Below are positions 12,901 to 23,395 of a stretch of DNA of 64,000 nt, piece after piece. A program made the position numbers and the translations under genes. The notes under the pieces are model-generated. The model searched no databases. It was not told the origin of the DNA and saw only the letters and a program-made list of their open reading frames with translations. The stretch spans positions 439,869 through 503,868 of the forward strand of contig NW_018408894.1 of assembly GCF_002113885.1 (NCBI RefSeq). Reading direction: 5' to 3'. The DNA is from Mizuhopecten yessoensis. Lineage: Eukaryota. Numbering within the stretch: the first letter of the stretch is position 1; each line of letters starts with the position of its first letter.

Positions 12901-15900
12901 AACCAGTTCCCGTGTATGTTTGTAACTGGTATGATATTTAAGTTACTTGCATTAGATCCTATGTATGTTTGTAATTTGTGTGGTATTGAAATTTCTTGCA
13001 TTAGATTGTATGTTTGTTACAATTTTGATAACTTACGTTTGCCTATGTGTTTCAGTTTGGGTTGTTCCCAGTGTGCTGCCTGTCCCCCTGGAACTTTCAG
13101 TGGTAATTCTACCGGGCTACTTACCTGTCCTGTATGTCAAGCAGGTATAACATGTCTGTGTACCATATAAACTTTATTCATTATATATATAGTTGCTTGC
13201 TATATCAAGCAGCTTGAACATTTATATATTGTACTTACAAAGGCTAATAATGGGACCGATCCCTCTGTATTACCCTTTTAATGGAACATTTTCATCATTA
13301 TTACAGCTTGTCTCTTGTATTGACTTTTTGCTCATAGTGCACAGGTTTTGCTGTATGCAGGTTTCACTAAAACACTGTATTATCTATACTTGACAGGACA
13401 TTTTTCTAAAGAAGAGAGCTCCTTCAACTGTTCCAAGTGTGAACCAGGAATGTTTCAGAGTCAGCCAAATAAATCGTCATGTGTATACTGTCCTGTCGGC
13501 AGCATTTGCAAGTATGTTAATTTCGTAATTATTACTATGTTATATATGTGTAAAATATACAATAAAAGCATGACATATACATATACACATTATATCATAT
13601 GAAGTATTATGAATTAAGTTCAATAACTTTAATCTAATCCATGTTTGCAATTTTCAAAAAAAAACATAACAGGGGTTTCATTTGTAGCCAGTAGACCGTA
13701 ACAGTACCCTTATACTGACGATATTTCACTGGTTACTTGTATTGAATATAATTAACTGCCTAATTTGTGTAGGATACAGGTGGCATGAAGTCCTATTGAA
13801 ACTCCTGAACATATATCTTTGAATGGATTAAACACTTCGTTTCCTTCTTGTCAGTTGAAAGTGTAACTTGATTATATGTTGAGGTTATACACTACGAAAC
13901 CAATATGGGTAAATGTATAATTATCTGCTCATTTTGGCATGTACCTTTCAACATAATATATACCTGTACAAAAAAATGAAAGCTAATTAAAATCTTTTGT
14001 GTATTGTTTTAGATTGGTCAGTGTAGATGTTCTGTATTAGGGTTGGTCAGTGTATATGTGCTGTATTAGGGTTGGTCAGTGTAGATGTTCTGTATTAGGG
14101 TTGGTCAGTGTAGGTGTTCTGTATTAGGGTTGGTCAGTGTAGGTGTTCTGTATTAGGGTTGGTCAGTGTAGATGTTCTGTATTAGGGTTGCTTAGTGTAG
14201 ATGTTCTGTATTAGGGTTGGTCAGTGTAGATGTTCTGTATTAGGGTGAATGAGACAAATATTCGTTTCTGTGTTGCAGTGCTCATGGGTGTATAAACTGT
14301 GCATATTGTCCTGAAGGTCAGGAGACTGTTGATGAGGGGAGTACCAACTGTACGCTGTGTGAACCAGGTACTGGCAATATCACTTCAATCTATTTAACTT
14401 CGATGCGAACATGCTACCAACAGCTGTCATGACTTCTTTTAAAAAATATGCAACCAATCAAAATCATGCGATCGAATACAAGCAAGGAACCAAGTACAAA
14501 TATTCAAACTTATCAAACAAAAGCTTGCAATCAGCCAAACCTAGGCTAGGATTGCAACCAATTACAAATATGAAAACAAACACACTCAAACAAACACAGG
14601 CAGGCAACCACATAGTCCCAATCAAGTACAAGTATGCAGCATAACAAGTACCGAGTATACAACCAAAAGCAGGATTGCAACCATGCAAAAAACACTTACA
14701 TGCAGGCAAACACAATTAAGAAACAAGCAAGCACATGCAAGGAAACACAAGCAAGGGACCATTTATTAACAAGCAACCAAACCTACTTGTTACCAAACAC
14801 AAGCATACAACTTAGTACAGACATGCAACAAAGTACCAAACACAAACATACAACTTAGTACAGGCATGAAGCAAAGTACCAAACACAAACATACATTTTA
14901 GTACAGACATGCCACAAAGTACCAAACACAAACTTACAACTTAATACAGCCATGCAACAAAGTACCACACACAAGCATACAACTTAGTACAGACATGCAA
15001 CAAAGTACCAAACACAAACATACAACTTAATACAGACATGCAACAAAGTACCAAACACAAGCATACAACTTAGTACAGACATGCAACAAAGTACCAAACA
15101 CAAGCATCCAACTTAGTACAGACATGCAACAAAATACCAAACACAAACATACAACTTAATACAGACATGCAACAAAGTACCAAACACAAGCATACAACTT
15201 AGTACAGACATGCAACAAAGTACCAAACACAAGCATACAACTTAGTACAGACATTCAACAAAGTACCAAACACAAGCATACAACCTAGTATAGACATGCG
15301 ACAAAGTACCAAGCACAAGCATACAACTTAGTACAGACATGCAACAAAGTACCAAACACAAGCATACAACATAGCACAGACATGCAACAAAGTACAAGAA
15401 ACCAATCATGCATACAGCTCAACACAAGCAAGCAATGTAATCCACCACAAGCATGCTACCAATGACAATCATATAGCCAGTACCAGATATGTACCTCAAG
15501 CAAACACAAGCATACAACTTAGCACAGACATTCAACAAAGTACCAAACACAAACATACAACCTAGTATAGACATGCGACAAAGTACCAAGCAGAAGCATA
15601 CAACTTAGTACAGACATGCAACAAAGTACCAAGCACAAACATATATTTTAGTACAGACATGCAACAAAGTACCAAACACAAGCATACAACTTAGTACAGA
15701 CATGCAACGAAGTACCAAACACAAGCATCCAACTTAGTACAGACATGCCACAAAGTACCAAACACAAGCATAAAACCTAGTACAGACATGCAACAAAGTA
15801 CCATGCACAAGCATACAACTTAGTACAGACATGCAACAAAGTACAAGAAACCAATCATGCATACAGCTCAACACAAGCAAGCAATGTAATCCACCACAAG

Positions 15901-18900
15901 CATGCTACCAATGACAATCATATAACCAGTAACAAATATGTAACTTACCTCAAGCATGCTACCAATGACAATCATATAGCCAGAAACAGATATGTAACTT
16001 ACCTCAAGCATGCTACCAATGACAATTATATAGCCAGTAACAAATATGTAACTTACTTCAAGCATGCTACCAATGACAATCATATAGCCAGTAACAGATA
16101 TGTAACTTACTTCAAGCATGCTACCAATGACAATCATATAGCCAGTAACAGATATGTAACTTACTTCAAGCATGCTACCAATGACAATCATATAGCCAGT
16201 AACAGATATGTAACTTACTTCAAGCATGCTACCAATGACAATCATATAGCCAGTAACAGATATGTAACTTACTTCAAGCATGCTACCAATGACAATCATA
16301 TAGCCAGTAACAGATATGTAACTTACTTCAAGCATGCTACCAATGACAATCATATAGCCAGTAACAGATATGTAACTTACTTCAAGCATGCTACCAATGA
16401 CAATCATATAGCCAGTAACAGATATGTAACTTACTTCAAGCATGCTACCAATGACAATCATATAGCCAGTAACAGATATGTAACTTACTTCAAGCATGCT
16501 ACCAATGACAATCATATAGCCAGTAACAGATATGTACCTCAAGCATGCTACCAATGACAATCATATAGCCAGTAACAGATATGTACCTCAAGCATGCTAC
16601 CAATGACAATCATATAGCCAGTAACAGATATGTACCTCAAGCATGCTACCAATGACAATCATATAGCCAGTAACAGATATGTACCTCAAGCATGCTACCA
16701 ATGACAATCATATAGCCAGTAACAGATATGTACCTCAAGCATGCTTCCAATGACAATCATATAGCCAGTAACAGATTTGTAACTTACTTGTGATTATAAT
16801 TAAAACTCTTGAAAGCAGTACAAGTTTACATTCCAATTGATGTTTTAGAATTAATTCTTCGTTTTCATACAGTGATGATTATTAATCTGATTTTATTTAC
16901 TGACAGAGAAAGAGTTTATAAGTTACCGCCATTCCATTGTTGATAGATATCAGATTCCGACCTGTATTGTTATATTATAACTATTTTCTCTGTTGTTTCA
17001 TTGTTTCAGTATTGGTACAGTAATCACTATATATAGTACATATGTCTTTACTGTAGGTTTCTATAAGGCTGCTCTCAGTGGTGCCAAGTGTATACCCTGT
17101 CGAGATGGATACTACCAGACCACACCAGGTTCCGGTTCCTGCTTTGAGTGTCCATCGGGTTTCTTCTGTCCAGTAAGTGTAGTCCACAGCTGTTTGATGC
17201 TGAAAGTCCAAACACTTCCTATTTCATTCTGATTTCATATATACTCTCTGTTAGCATGGACTCTTCACTTGATTAATTATCTACCTCTATCACTTTTCAA
17301 CAGAGGCATGTGCCTTGTTACTTTGGGAATATAACACACACAAACAGCATGGTTTTGGGAAAAAAGTGATTTTTGCAATGATTTTGGGAAAGCACAGCAG
17401 AAATATCTAGCCTTTATAAGGCCCCAAATTCACCTAAAACAATCACTGTCAATGGATGTTCATTTCCTAGTTTTACCCATGACACGTTTTACCTCGGCCC
17501 TGACACTAGAACAGAAATGTTGTGTGATGTCAGATTTACATACATGTACAGGATTATACAGCTTTTAAAATATACACAGCACTTCAATTTTACAGTACTG
17601 CATTAGTTACACACATCTGTCTGTCCTTTCCCACCTGTCATTGTTACAATGTGACCCTGGATCTTAGTGCAGCCAATTATAGTAGTATAGTGACACTAAA
17701 TGTCTGTACCTTACTGATTGTAGACAAGTTCATGTAGCACAACCAATAAAGTGTTTGTATGTGACATTTTGATGACTAACTAGTATGGTATGTACTCTGT
17801 CTCCTTCATCAGACAAATGACCATTTTAGGGTATATCTCAAAAGTGTAAAATATGTAAAAGTTTGCAATACTTAACATTGATTTCACTACATTATAAACT
17901 TACATACACTTAATATTTAATTGTTATACATGTACTAAATGACAAATCAAACTGACCAATTGGTTTGGCTACATTTTCTTTATAAATATCTGGTCAAAGA
18001 TACATAAGCCCCCTCATCTTGATTCAGAACTGGCCAATTTTGTACACTTCAGAACTGGCCAATTTTGTACACATGCTTCACTGGTGATTTGTCTGATGAA
18101 GGTGACAGAGTACATCATATATCAAAATGTCACACATAAATGCTTCACTGGTTGTGCTAAAGAACTTTTCTACAATCCATACTTGCCAACTGTTTAAGAA
18201 AATAAAATGTACCATACACTATGTTACAATGTTACTTTATTTGAAATAACTGATACAGACATCTCTACATTCCTCATTGTCCATTCCAGATAGCATCAGA
18301 GCCCCCTCTGCGGTGCCCTATCAGTGCTATCTGTCCCAAAGGTAGCGGTCAAGCCGTACCATGTGCAGGACCCTTCTATAAGGCCAATGAGGACAGGACA
18401 GAATGTCGGGCCACTCAGGAGTTCATCGCTGTGGTGGTCGGTTGTAGTGTTGGTTAGTATAACTACACTTACAATTAATTAGTTCTACAGTATTCCAAAA
18501 CCTTAGGCTATGATGTCGGTTAGTATAACTACAAGGCAAGTACACTTACAATTTATTAGTTCTACAGTATTCCAAACCTTAGGCTATGATGTTGGTTAGT
18601 ATAACTACACTTACAATTAATTAGTTCTACAGTATTCCAAACCTTAGGCTATGATGTTGGTTAGTATAACTACACTTACAATTAATTAGTTCTACAGTAT
18701 TCCAAACCTTAGGCTATGATGTCGGTTAGTATAACTACACTTACAATTAATTAGTTCTACAATATTCCAAAACCTTAGGCTATGATGCATTTAATTAAGC
18801 CAATCAATTCGTAGCTGGAATAGTAATATGAAAACATTGATAAAATTTAGATGGGCATATAATACCCTTGACTTCCAGACAATATAATAATCTTCCTTGG

Positions 18901-19119
18901 TTTCTTGTTTATGTTAGTTTACAATTAAAGCAGAGATTATGAAGAAAGGTTACATTTGATATGGATACATAATAAATAATTTTCTTGTTTTTTTCAGTTT
19001 TGCTAGCATTTTCAGGAATAGCCTTATACAAGTTTCGCCAGTATAGAAAGCGACGCAAAACATCTGAGGATAACCAGCTACTGACAACCTCGGGGAGCCA
19101 GATATATTCTGGATGGTGA
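967..19119 (+). CDS. Cysteine-rich (Ephrin_rec_like/GCC2-GCC3-type repeat) type I transmembrane glycoprotein, 543 aa; join(967..991,6124..6330,6847..7042,10062..10571,13056..13144,13397..13511,14279..14367,17057..17172,18290..18452,18998..19119)
   Basis: Manual splicing: all introns GT..AG, phases 1,1,2,2,1,2,1,0,1 join without frameshift, 1632 nt total. Signal peptide MMQNNFYLGIVLLLGCLYHNVYLLVAS; tandem 17-aa CxxCxxGxFQxxxG repeats; TM FIAVVVGCSVVLLAFSGIALY; basic stop-transfer RQYRKRRK; TGA at 19117-19119. Exon 1 is the least certain. Confidence 0.88.
1935..2365 (+). repeat. Degenerate ~36-42-bp minisatellite (gatgtttgggagtttgggggttacaggtatatacctgtaa)
   Basis: Roughly 8-10 degenerate copies; G-runs plus a palindromic core. 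Confidence 0.85.
3170..4930 (+). repeat. ~26-bp minisatellite (ttacctgttgacaggtgtagtaatgg) with an internal inversion at ~4102-4312
   Basis: About 60 diverged copies, directly visible. Confidence 0.95.
4941..5644 (+). mobile_element. Complete non-autonomous Helentron-associated element (HINE/DINE-1-like)
   Basis: TT flanks; 5' subTIR AGCTCACCTG with local inverted repeat GTGAGCT; (GTCC)n-like microsatellite; about 3 core repeats of ~145 bp (5068, 5214, 5358); 3' subTIR CAGGTGAGCG; 3' hairpin AGGCCC-atc-GGGCCT plus CTTGTT. Confidence 0.8.
5661..5790 (+). mobile_element. 5' fragment of a second HINE-like element
   Basis: TAGTCCCC...GGGGACTA inverted repeat followed by a CCGTCCAT microsatellite. 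Confidence 0.55.
5800..6123 (+). repeat. 41-bp minisatellite containing the exon-2 splice acceptor
   Basis: About 8 copies of gtgtagtatggttagctattaaccttgttttctgttgacag. Confidence 0.95.
6124..6330 (+). CDS. Cys-rich TM gene exon 2 (signal-peptide core, first Cys repeat)
   Basis: Acceptor ttttctgttgacag; donor A|gtgagt; GIVLLLGCLYH...CQPCDGGSFANH. Confidence 0.85.
6847..7042 (+). CDS. Cys-rich TM gene exon 3
   Basis: Acceptor ttttctag; donor AA|gtaagc; CEACAEGHAQNLTGKESCFPCDKGQYQDKPG. Confidence 0.92.
7637..9331 (+). repeat. 39-bp minisatellite (gtcctcaccttacatgtacgtcggttagtggcaagtcac), intron 3
   Basis: About 43 copies with occasional 41-bp variants; source of the LHVRRLVASHVLT / TCTSVSGKSRPHL ORFs. 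Confidence 0.97.
10062..10571 (+). CDS. Cys-rich TM gene exon 4 (10 x 17-aa repeats)
   Basis: Acceptor ttctgttttag; donor GG|gtatgt; 510 nt, phase 2-2; diverged CxxCxxGxFQ repeats with conserved Cys/Gly spacing. Confidence 0.95.
10680..10790 (+). mobile_element. SINE 3' body fragment
   Basis: GGTCGGTGGTTTTTCTCCGGGAACTCCAGCATTCCTCCACC core and AAACA-rich tail resemble bivalve tRNA-SINEs; a related core lies at ~54020-54190. Confidence 0.55.
11521..12130 (+). repeat. 46-bp near-perfect minisatellite, intron 4
   Basis: About 13 copies of caaatcactgttagaagtgattgacaaaaagcccttgcttcttcac. Confidence 0.97.
12318..12975 (+). repeat. 44-52-bp minisatellite, intron 4
   Basis: ggtattgaagttacttgaaccagttcctgtgtatgtttgtaac plus a variable spacer, about 13 copies decaying toward exon 5. 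Confidence 0.95.
13056..13144 (+). CDS. Cys-rich TM gene exon 5
   Basis: Acceptor gtgtttcag; donor G|gtataa; LGCSQCAACPPGTFSGNSTGLLTCPVCQA. Confidence 0.9.
13397..13511 (+). CDS. Cys-rich TM gene exon 6
   Basis: Acceptor acttgacag; donor AA|gtatgt; HFSKEESSFNCSKCEPGMFQSQPNKSSCVYCPVGSIC. Confidence 0.9.
14013..14246 (+). repeat. 29-bp minisatellite, intron 6
   Basis: About 8 copies of ttggtcagtgtagatgttctgtattaggg. Confidence 0.95.
14279..14367 (+). CDS. Cys-rich TM gene exon 7 (not in ORF track)
   Basis: Acceptor tttctgtgttgcag; donor G|gtactg; AHGCINCAYCPEGQETVDEGSTNCTLCEP. Confidence 0.9.
14790..15845 (+). repeat. 43-bp AC-rich minisatellite, intron 7
   Basis: aaacacaagcatacaacttagtacagacatgcaacaaagtacc in two blocks separated by a linker that recurs at 15845. 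Confidence 0.95.
15897..16790 (+). repeat. 54/48-bp minisatellite, intron 7
   Basis: caagcatgctaccaatgacaatcatatagccagtaacagatatgt(aactt)acttc; source of the 230-aa minus-strand ORF. Confidence 0.97.
17057..17172 (+). CDS. Cys-rich TM gene exon 8
   Basis: Acceptor ctttactgtag; donor CCA|gtaagt; FYKAALSGAKCIPCRDGYYQTTPGSGSCFECPSGFFCP. Confidence 0.92.
17716..18178. mobile_element. Old MITE or foldback with ~100-bp degenerate inverted arms (intron 8)
   Basis: 17716-17823 is the reverse complement of 18082-18178 (e.g. ccttcatcagacaaat / atttgtctgatgaagg; gtgacattttgat / atcaaaatgtcac). Confidence 0.65.
18290..18452 (+). CDS. Cys-rich TM gene exon 9 (juxtamembrane region and first half of TM; not in ORF track)
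   Basis: Acceptor ccattccag; donor G|gttagt; IASEPPLRCPISAICPKGSGQAVPCAGPFYKANEDRTECRATQEFIAVVVGCSV. Confidence 0.88.
18447..18787 (+). repeat. ~65-bp minisatellite containing the exon-9 splice donor
   Basis: 5 copies; GTTAGT at 18453, 18519, 18595, 18660, 18725. Confidence 0.95.
18998..19119 (+). CDS. Cys-rich TM gene exon 10 (second half of TM and cytoplasmic tail)
   Basis: Acceptor tttcttgtttttttcag; VLLAFSGIALYKFRQYRKRRKTSEDNQLLTTSGSQIYSGW-stop. Confidence 0.88.
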
Positions 19120-19451
19120 CATCTGGTATTGACACCTTATATATATGTGTTCATTGAGGGAATGCACATGTTAATATTTACCACAGTTTGTGATCAAATA
19201 ATTGGTGTGATTAGTATCACTATTGTGTATACACACTGTCATCCATATTTAAGATTTAAAGATCCCCGTACCACTGGCAAAAAATATCACTATTCATTGG
19301 AAACTTTTCCTGGCATGATTATAGCTTTGATAAATTATTTCTGAAAAAAGAAAACCATTATGGAACTTTCACGAAAATATTTGATAAAGACGAAATAAAC
19401 AGAATATACCAAACAACAGTGTTCTGTGTGCAAAATTCCGCGGAGCTAGAC

Positions 19452-19512
19452 TGAGATTCAAACCCCGGACTTCAGGTTATTATACAATTGCTCTAACTGA
19501 TTAAGCTACCTT
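19452..19512 (-). mobile_element. tRNA-derived SINE head
   Basis: Minus strand A-box TAGCTTAATCAGTTAGAGCA and B-box GGTTTGAATC; no intact cloverleaf. Confidence 0.5.
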
Positions 19513-19921
19513 GTCAACAGAAGTGTCCTCGCCCAATAATGCTGTAGTTATATCCAATAGGAAACAAAGGAAAGGTATGGTATATGGGAAAAAACCCCAC
19601 AGTGCAGTGGTACAGGGATCTTTAATTTGATTTAAGTTTTTATAAAGTATGTATTATGTATTATGTGCCCAGACTTCCATACAGTCACAGTTTCATGACA
19701 TGGCACTGTTTAGTGTGAAACCAGAGAAAATAGATTTCTTTGGAGGTATGTGCAGGAGAAATGATAGGCTAACATCACACTTTGAAATGTGTCTGAATAT
19801 ATATTTAATAGTTGTTAGACATCATTAGTTGAATTTGTGCAAAATATATATCTCATAAAATGTGAATTACCTTTACCTGTAAATAACCGTTAATATATGT
19901 CTGTATAATAAATACACTCAC

Positions 19922-20098
19922 TAAGGCCAAATGAAAAAATCTTGTGTTTCCGCTAGCTCTACCTACCCTAGCTTTTTGTGACTACCCTTAAGCTTTTATA
20001 GGTATATAAGCATAGTACAAATATTTTCCAAAATAGAAAAATGCCTTCCTACCTGCCCTATTTTGCAGAAACACAATAATTAATTTGTTTCGGCCTAA
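19922..20098. mobile_element. Small MITE in the presumed 3'UTR region
   Basis: Ends TAAGGCCAAA / TTTCGGCCTAA; inner tgtgtttc / gaaacaca; two CCTACCT motifs. Confidence 0.55.
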
Positions 20099-22827
20099 TG
20101 TCAGTTCGTTTCTCACCAGTCCAAAAGATTACAAAGCAGACAGATATGTAGTTTTTGATGCCAAAGTTTTTCAAAGACTTTTATATTCGTTTTGTGAATT
20201 TCTTCTTCCATTAATTCTTAAATTGACATGATTTGTATTTTATATATTATCTATCTTTATTACATTTGTACCTCAAAAAACAGTAAGGGATATGCTTTAT
20301 GTCCACATAGATGTTATATTTTATGTTATCAGTTTCAGGAACATATGTTATGGTATACTGAGCCTTCTTAAAGAAAATCGAAAAATGAAAAGAAAAGGAA
20401 GTAACATCTCCTGAATCCTATAAAGTATTTCCCTCTTTCCTCTTGTTGCTGACTTGTCTCGGCCTGTTAGACAGGCGGTTGTCAAGGCACAATATTCAGT
20501 GGCTCCTGCTTATTGTATTTTATTGTAGTGACAAAGAGTTTACTTACGATTACTTACAATAGATTTTAGGGTCAGCACTAAAAGTGACCAAGGAAATATA
20601 GTTAAGGAGCAAAGATGTAGCTCTATTACGATTGGTCCAAGATACATATTTAATTGTGTATTGTATATGGAAGCCTTTTTACCATCAAATAATTATTTTA
20701 AATCTGTGGAGTTACGGTTTAAATGGGTGCAGTTCAGTTATTTGAAATTGAAAAAACACCAGCAGGATTTGCCAACAATTAAGTAATTAATTGCATTTGT
20801 CAATAAGCCCAGCAAAATTAGTGTGGAAAGGCTAGTTTTCAGACATGAAGGGTTACAGAAAGTTGTATCATGCTATTTTTCGAAATAGTTTTAAGATCTT
20901 AAAACAAACAACAACAAAATATTCAGAATTTTAGTGTTAAAATTATGCAAAAAATATTTTTTGATAAATGTTTTACTTTTTAAATCCTGATCAGGGATAT
21001 TTTGGGGTAGACATATTCTGCAAAATGTTATTTATATCTGCCATGACTTGTTTTAGTGTAAGAGTGTATGATAGTGTAGTCACATGGGGTTATTGAGATA
21101 GATTTCACCTATCCTCCATACTCATATAAGTAACAACGTTTATTACCTTAATTATGTACTCTCTGTATGCTTAGCTACCTTCTTGATGAAATTGCAAGTT
21201 AAGAACCACTGACGTTTCTCACAATTCATACTTTGTTGAGATATTTTCCACTTGTAAAAAGGGCTGACTTTATTTAACATTTGTGAAGATTTGTCTCATG
21301 CGAGAAGGACAGTGACTAGCTTTATGGATTTATTTTAAAAAGAAAATATATTTGGTGTCAAAATTCCAATTGTGTAGATCTCAATATACTGAGCTGGTGT
21401 CATCAAATTTTGAATGATCTTTTAATAGGCTGTAGAGCATTTGTTTGGGGATGCCGTGGTTTTTAACTTTCATGCACTGCAGTACCAACTTTATAGCAAC
21501 TTTCTGTGATAAAACACTTATGCAATATGTTAAACTACACATTCCCTATGATATCTTTCTAAATATTATTATTTATTTGTAGTCTATTATTGGTATTTGT
21601 AAGTATCTATTGTTCAAACTATGGTATGAAAGTATATAAGTGGATGAGAGCTTGATTCTGTGTATATTGTATTGTACCTGTTAATGTGGTATGAAATTGC
21701 ATTGTTTTTGTGTAGGTTGCATTTTATTGCATTTTGCCATTGACATGTAAGGTTTCTTTGTAAAAACGAAGTTGGTATTTTTCTACTGTGACATATAACA
21801 ATCTGTTATTCTCGCACTTTTTAAACCCACGAACCACAGAAAAAAGCCATATTAAATAAGAAAAAAACAAACAATGGGCATTGTCGCGTCATAATAGCCC
21901 TGACAACAGAATACATCATGCTTTGTCTTCAGTATGTTTTGTCAGGAGATAGCCTATCTGTCCATTGAAGCTCTTGTTTTTATATAAAAAAATGTAAGAA
22001 ACAGAATTCTATAGGTTTCTTGTTGAGAAACAGTAATAATTCACTGTGAAGTGAATATTGTCACTCATGCTGAGCAGTTGTGAAACATATCAAACTATTC
22101 GATCATCCCATTTGTGAACTATAATTAGTAAACCAAGAATGTATTTTCATATATTACACCTATTTCTGTGTCATGATAAACTGTAAATCTGTTGATTTTA
22201 TGTAAAAAAATCATTGTAATCTAATTCTGTATGTTACATTCTGTTAAAGAATTTACCCTGGTATGTCCTTGTACATTGGAGGATAATATACACACAATAA
22301 TGCCAGTACATGGAAGTGTTGTGAGGAACAGGATCATTTTGTAGACATGATGTACATGTACCTTTGTAAGGTGGATTGTGGGACCAGTAATATAGTAAAT
22401 TGTAGTTATTGAACCTGTATAGAACAGTGGTGGATATAATATAACCTTCTTGTGTCCGCTTACGATTACTACACTGCTTGGCTATCTACACAGACTCTGT
22501 TATACAATTGTCACATATTCATATACAGTTGCTGATATACACTGTACCATCATAACACATGATTATAAAATACACCAAAGCCCTATGATGTACATTTGTA
22601 TTATTAAACATAGTGTATCATCATACCACATTATAAAATACACAATAGGTAAGTCGGTGACAAAGATGATGAGCTTATAATTAAGGCCCTAGCAGGACTA
22701 AGCGCTGGAAAAGTCTTATTTTGTTTCTATGTTGCGTATCAAATTAATAGAAACAATGCACTGACACATGTTGATCCTAAGATTTAAAATATGAAATGAT
22801 ATGTGTGTCTCTTCAATAATTATAACA

Positions 22828-22912
22828 GTATGGCCGAATGTGGCCAAATATGGCCTCTGGCCGAATATGGCCGAATATGGCCTCTGGCCGAATATGGCCG
22901 AATATGGCCTCT
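22828..22912 (+). repeat. Short tggccgaata-based tandem repeat (27-bp higher-order unit)
   Basis: 3 copies, directly visible. Confidence 0.85.
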
Positions 22913-23395
22913 GGATCCAAGGAAACAGAGCGTTGTTGGGTGCATTTTAATTTATAACAGTAACAGTAATGAAGTAATAGCGACAGTGATGTAAATGAAA
23001 TTTGTGAAATAATTGAGTCAATTCAAGATTTCATCCTGACACCAAAATGAAAGAAACATTTGACACAAAATATAATTAATTATAAAACAGTGCTGAGTCT
23101 ACACTTTAATTATCTATTTATAAGTTCATTTCAGTACACAATCTAAAAATGGAATTTTCCTTATAAATAGCCTTTGACTCATATAGCAGAAGAAAGAATA
23201 TGCTTCAAATTTAATAAGCATAATTTCTGTAAATGTAGAACCGGTTAACCGGTTTTCTCCGTTTTATAGTTTTCATTAAGAAATTGTGACTGTTTTGAGT
23301 CTAAAGGGTAAAGGGGCGGATTTTCTTAAGAATTTGAAAAAAATCATTATCACGACTGTTGCTTCTTTGCTTATGTATATCTGTATATTTATACG

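Noticed and set aside
15868-16560. 230-aa hydrophobic repeat ORF on the minus strand
   Set aside because: Identical 54-bp DNA repeats with no synonymous variation, antisense within intron 7.
19452-19512. tRNA gene (also 40632-40696)
   Set aside because: A and B boxes are present but acceptor and anticodon stems do not pair; treated as SINE heads.
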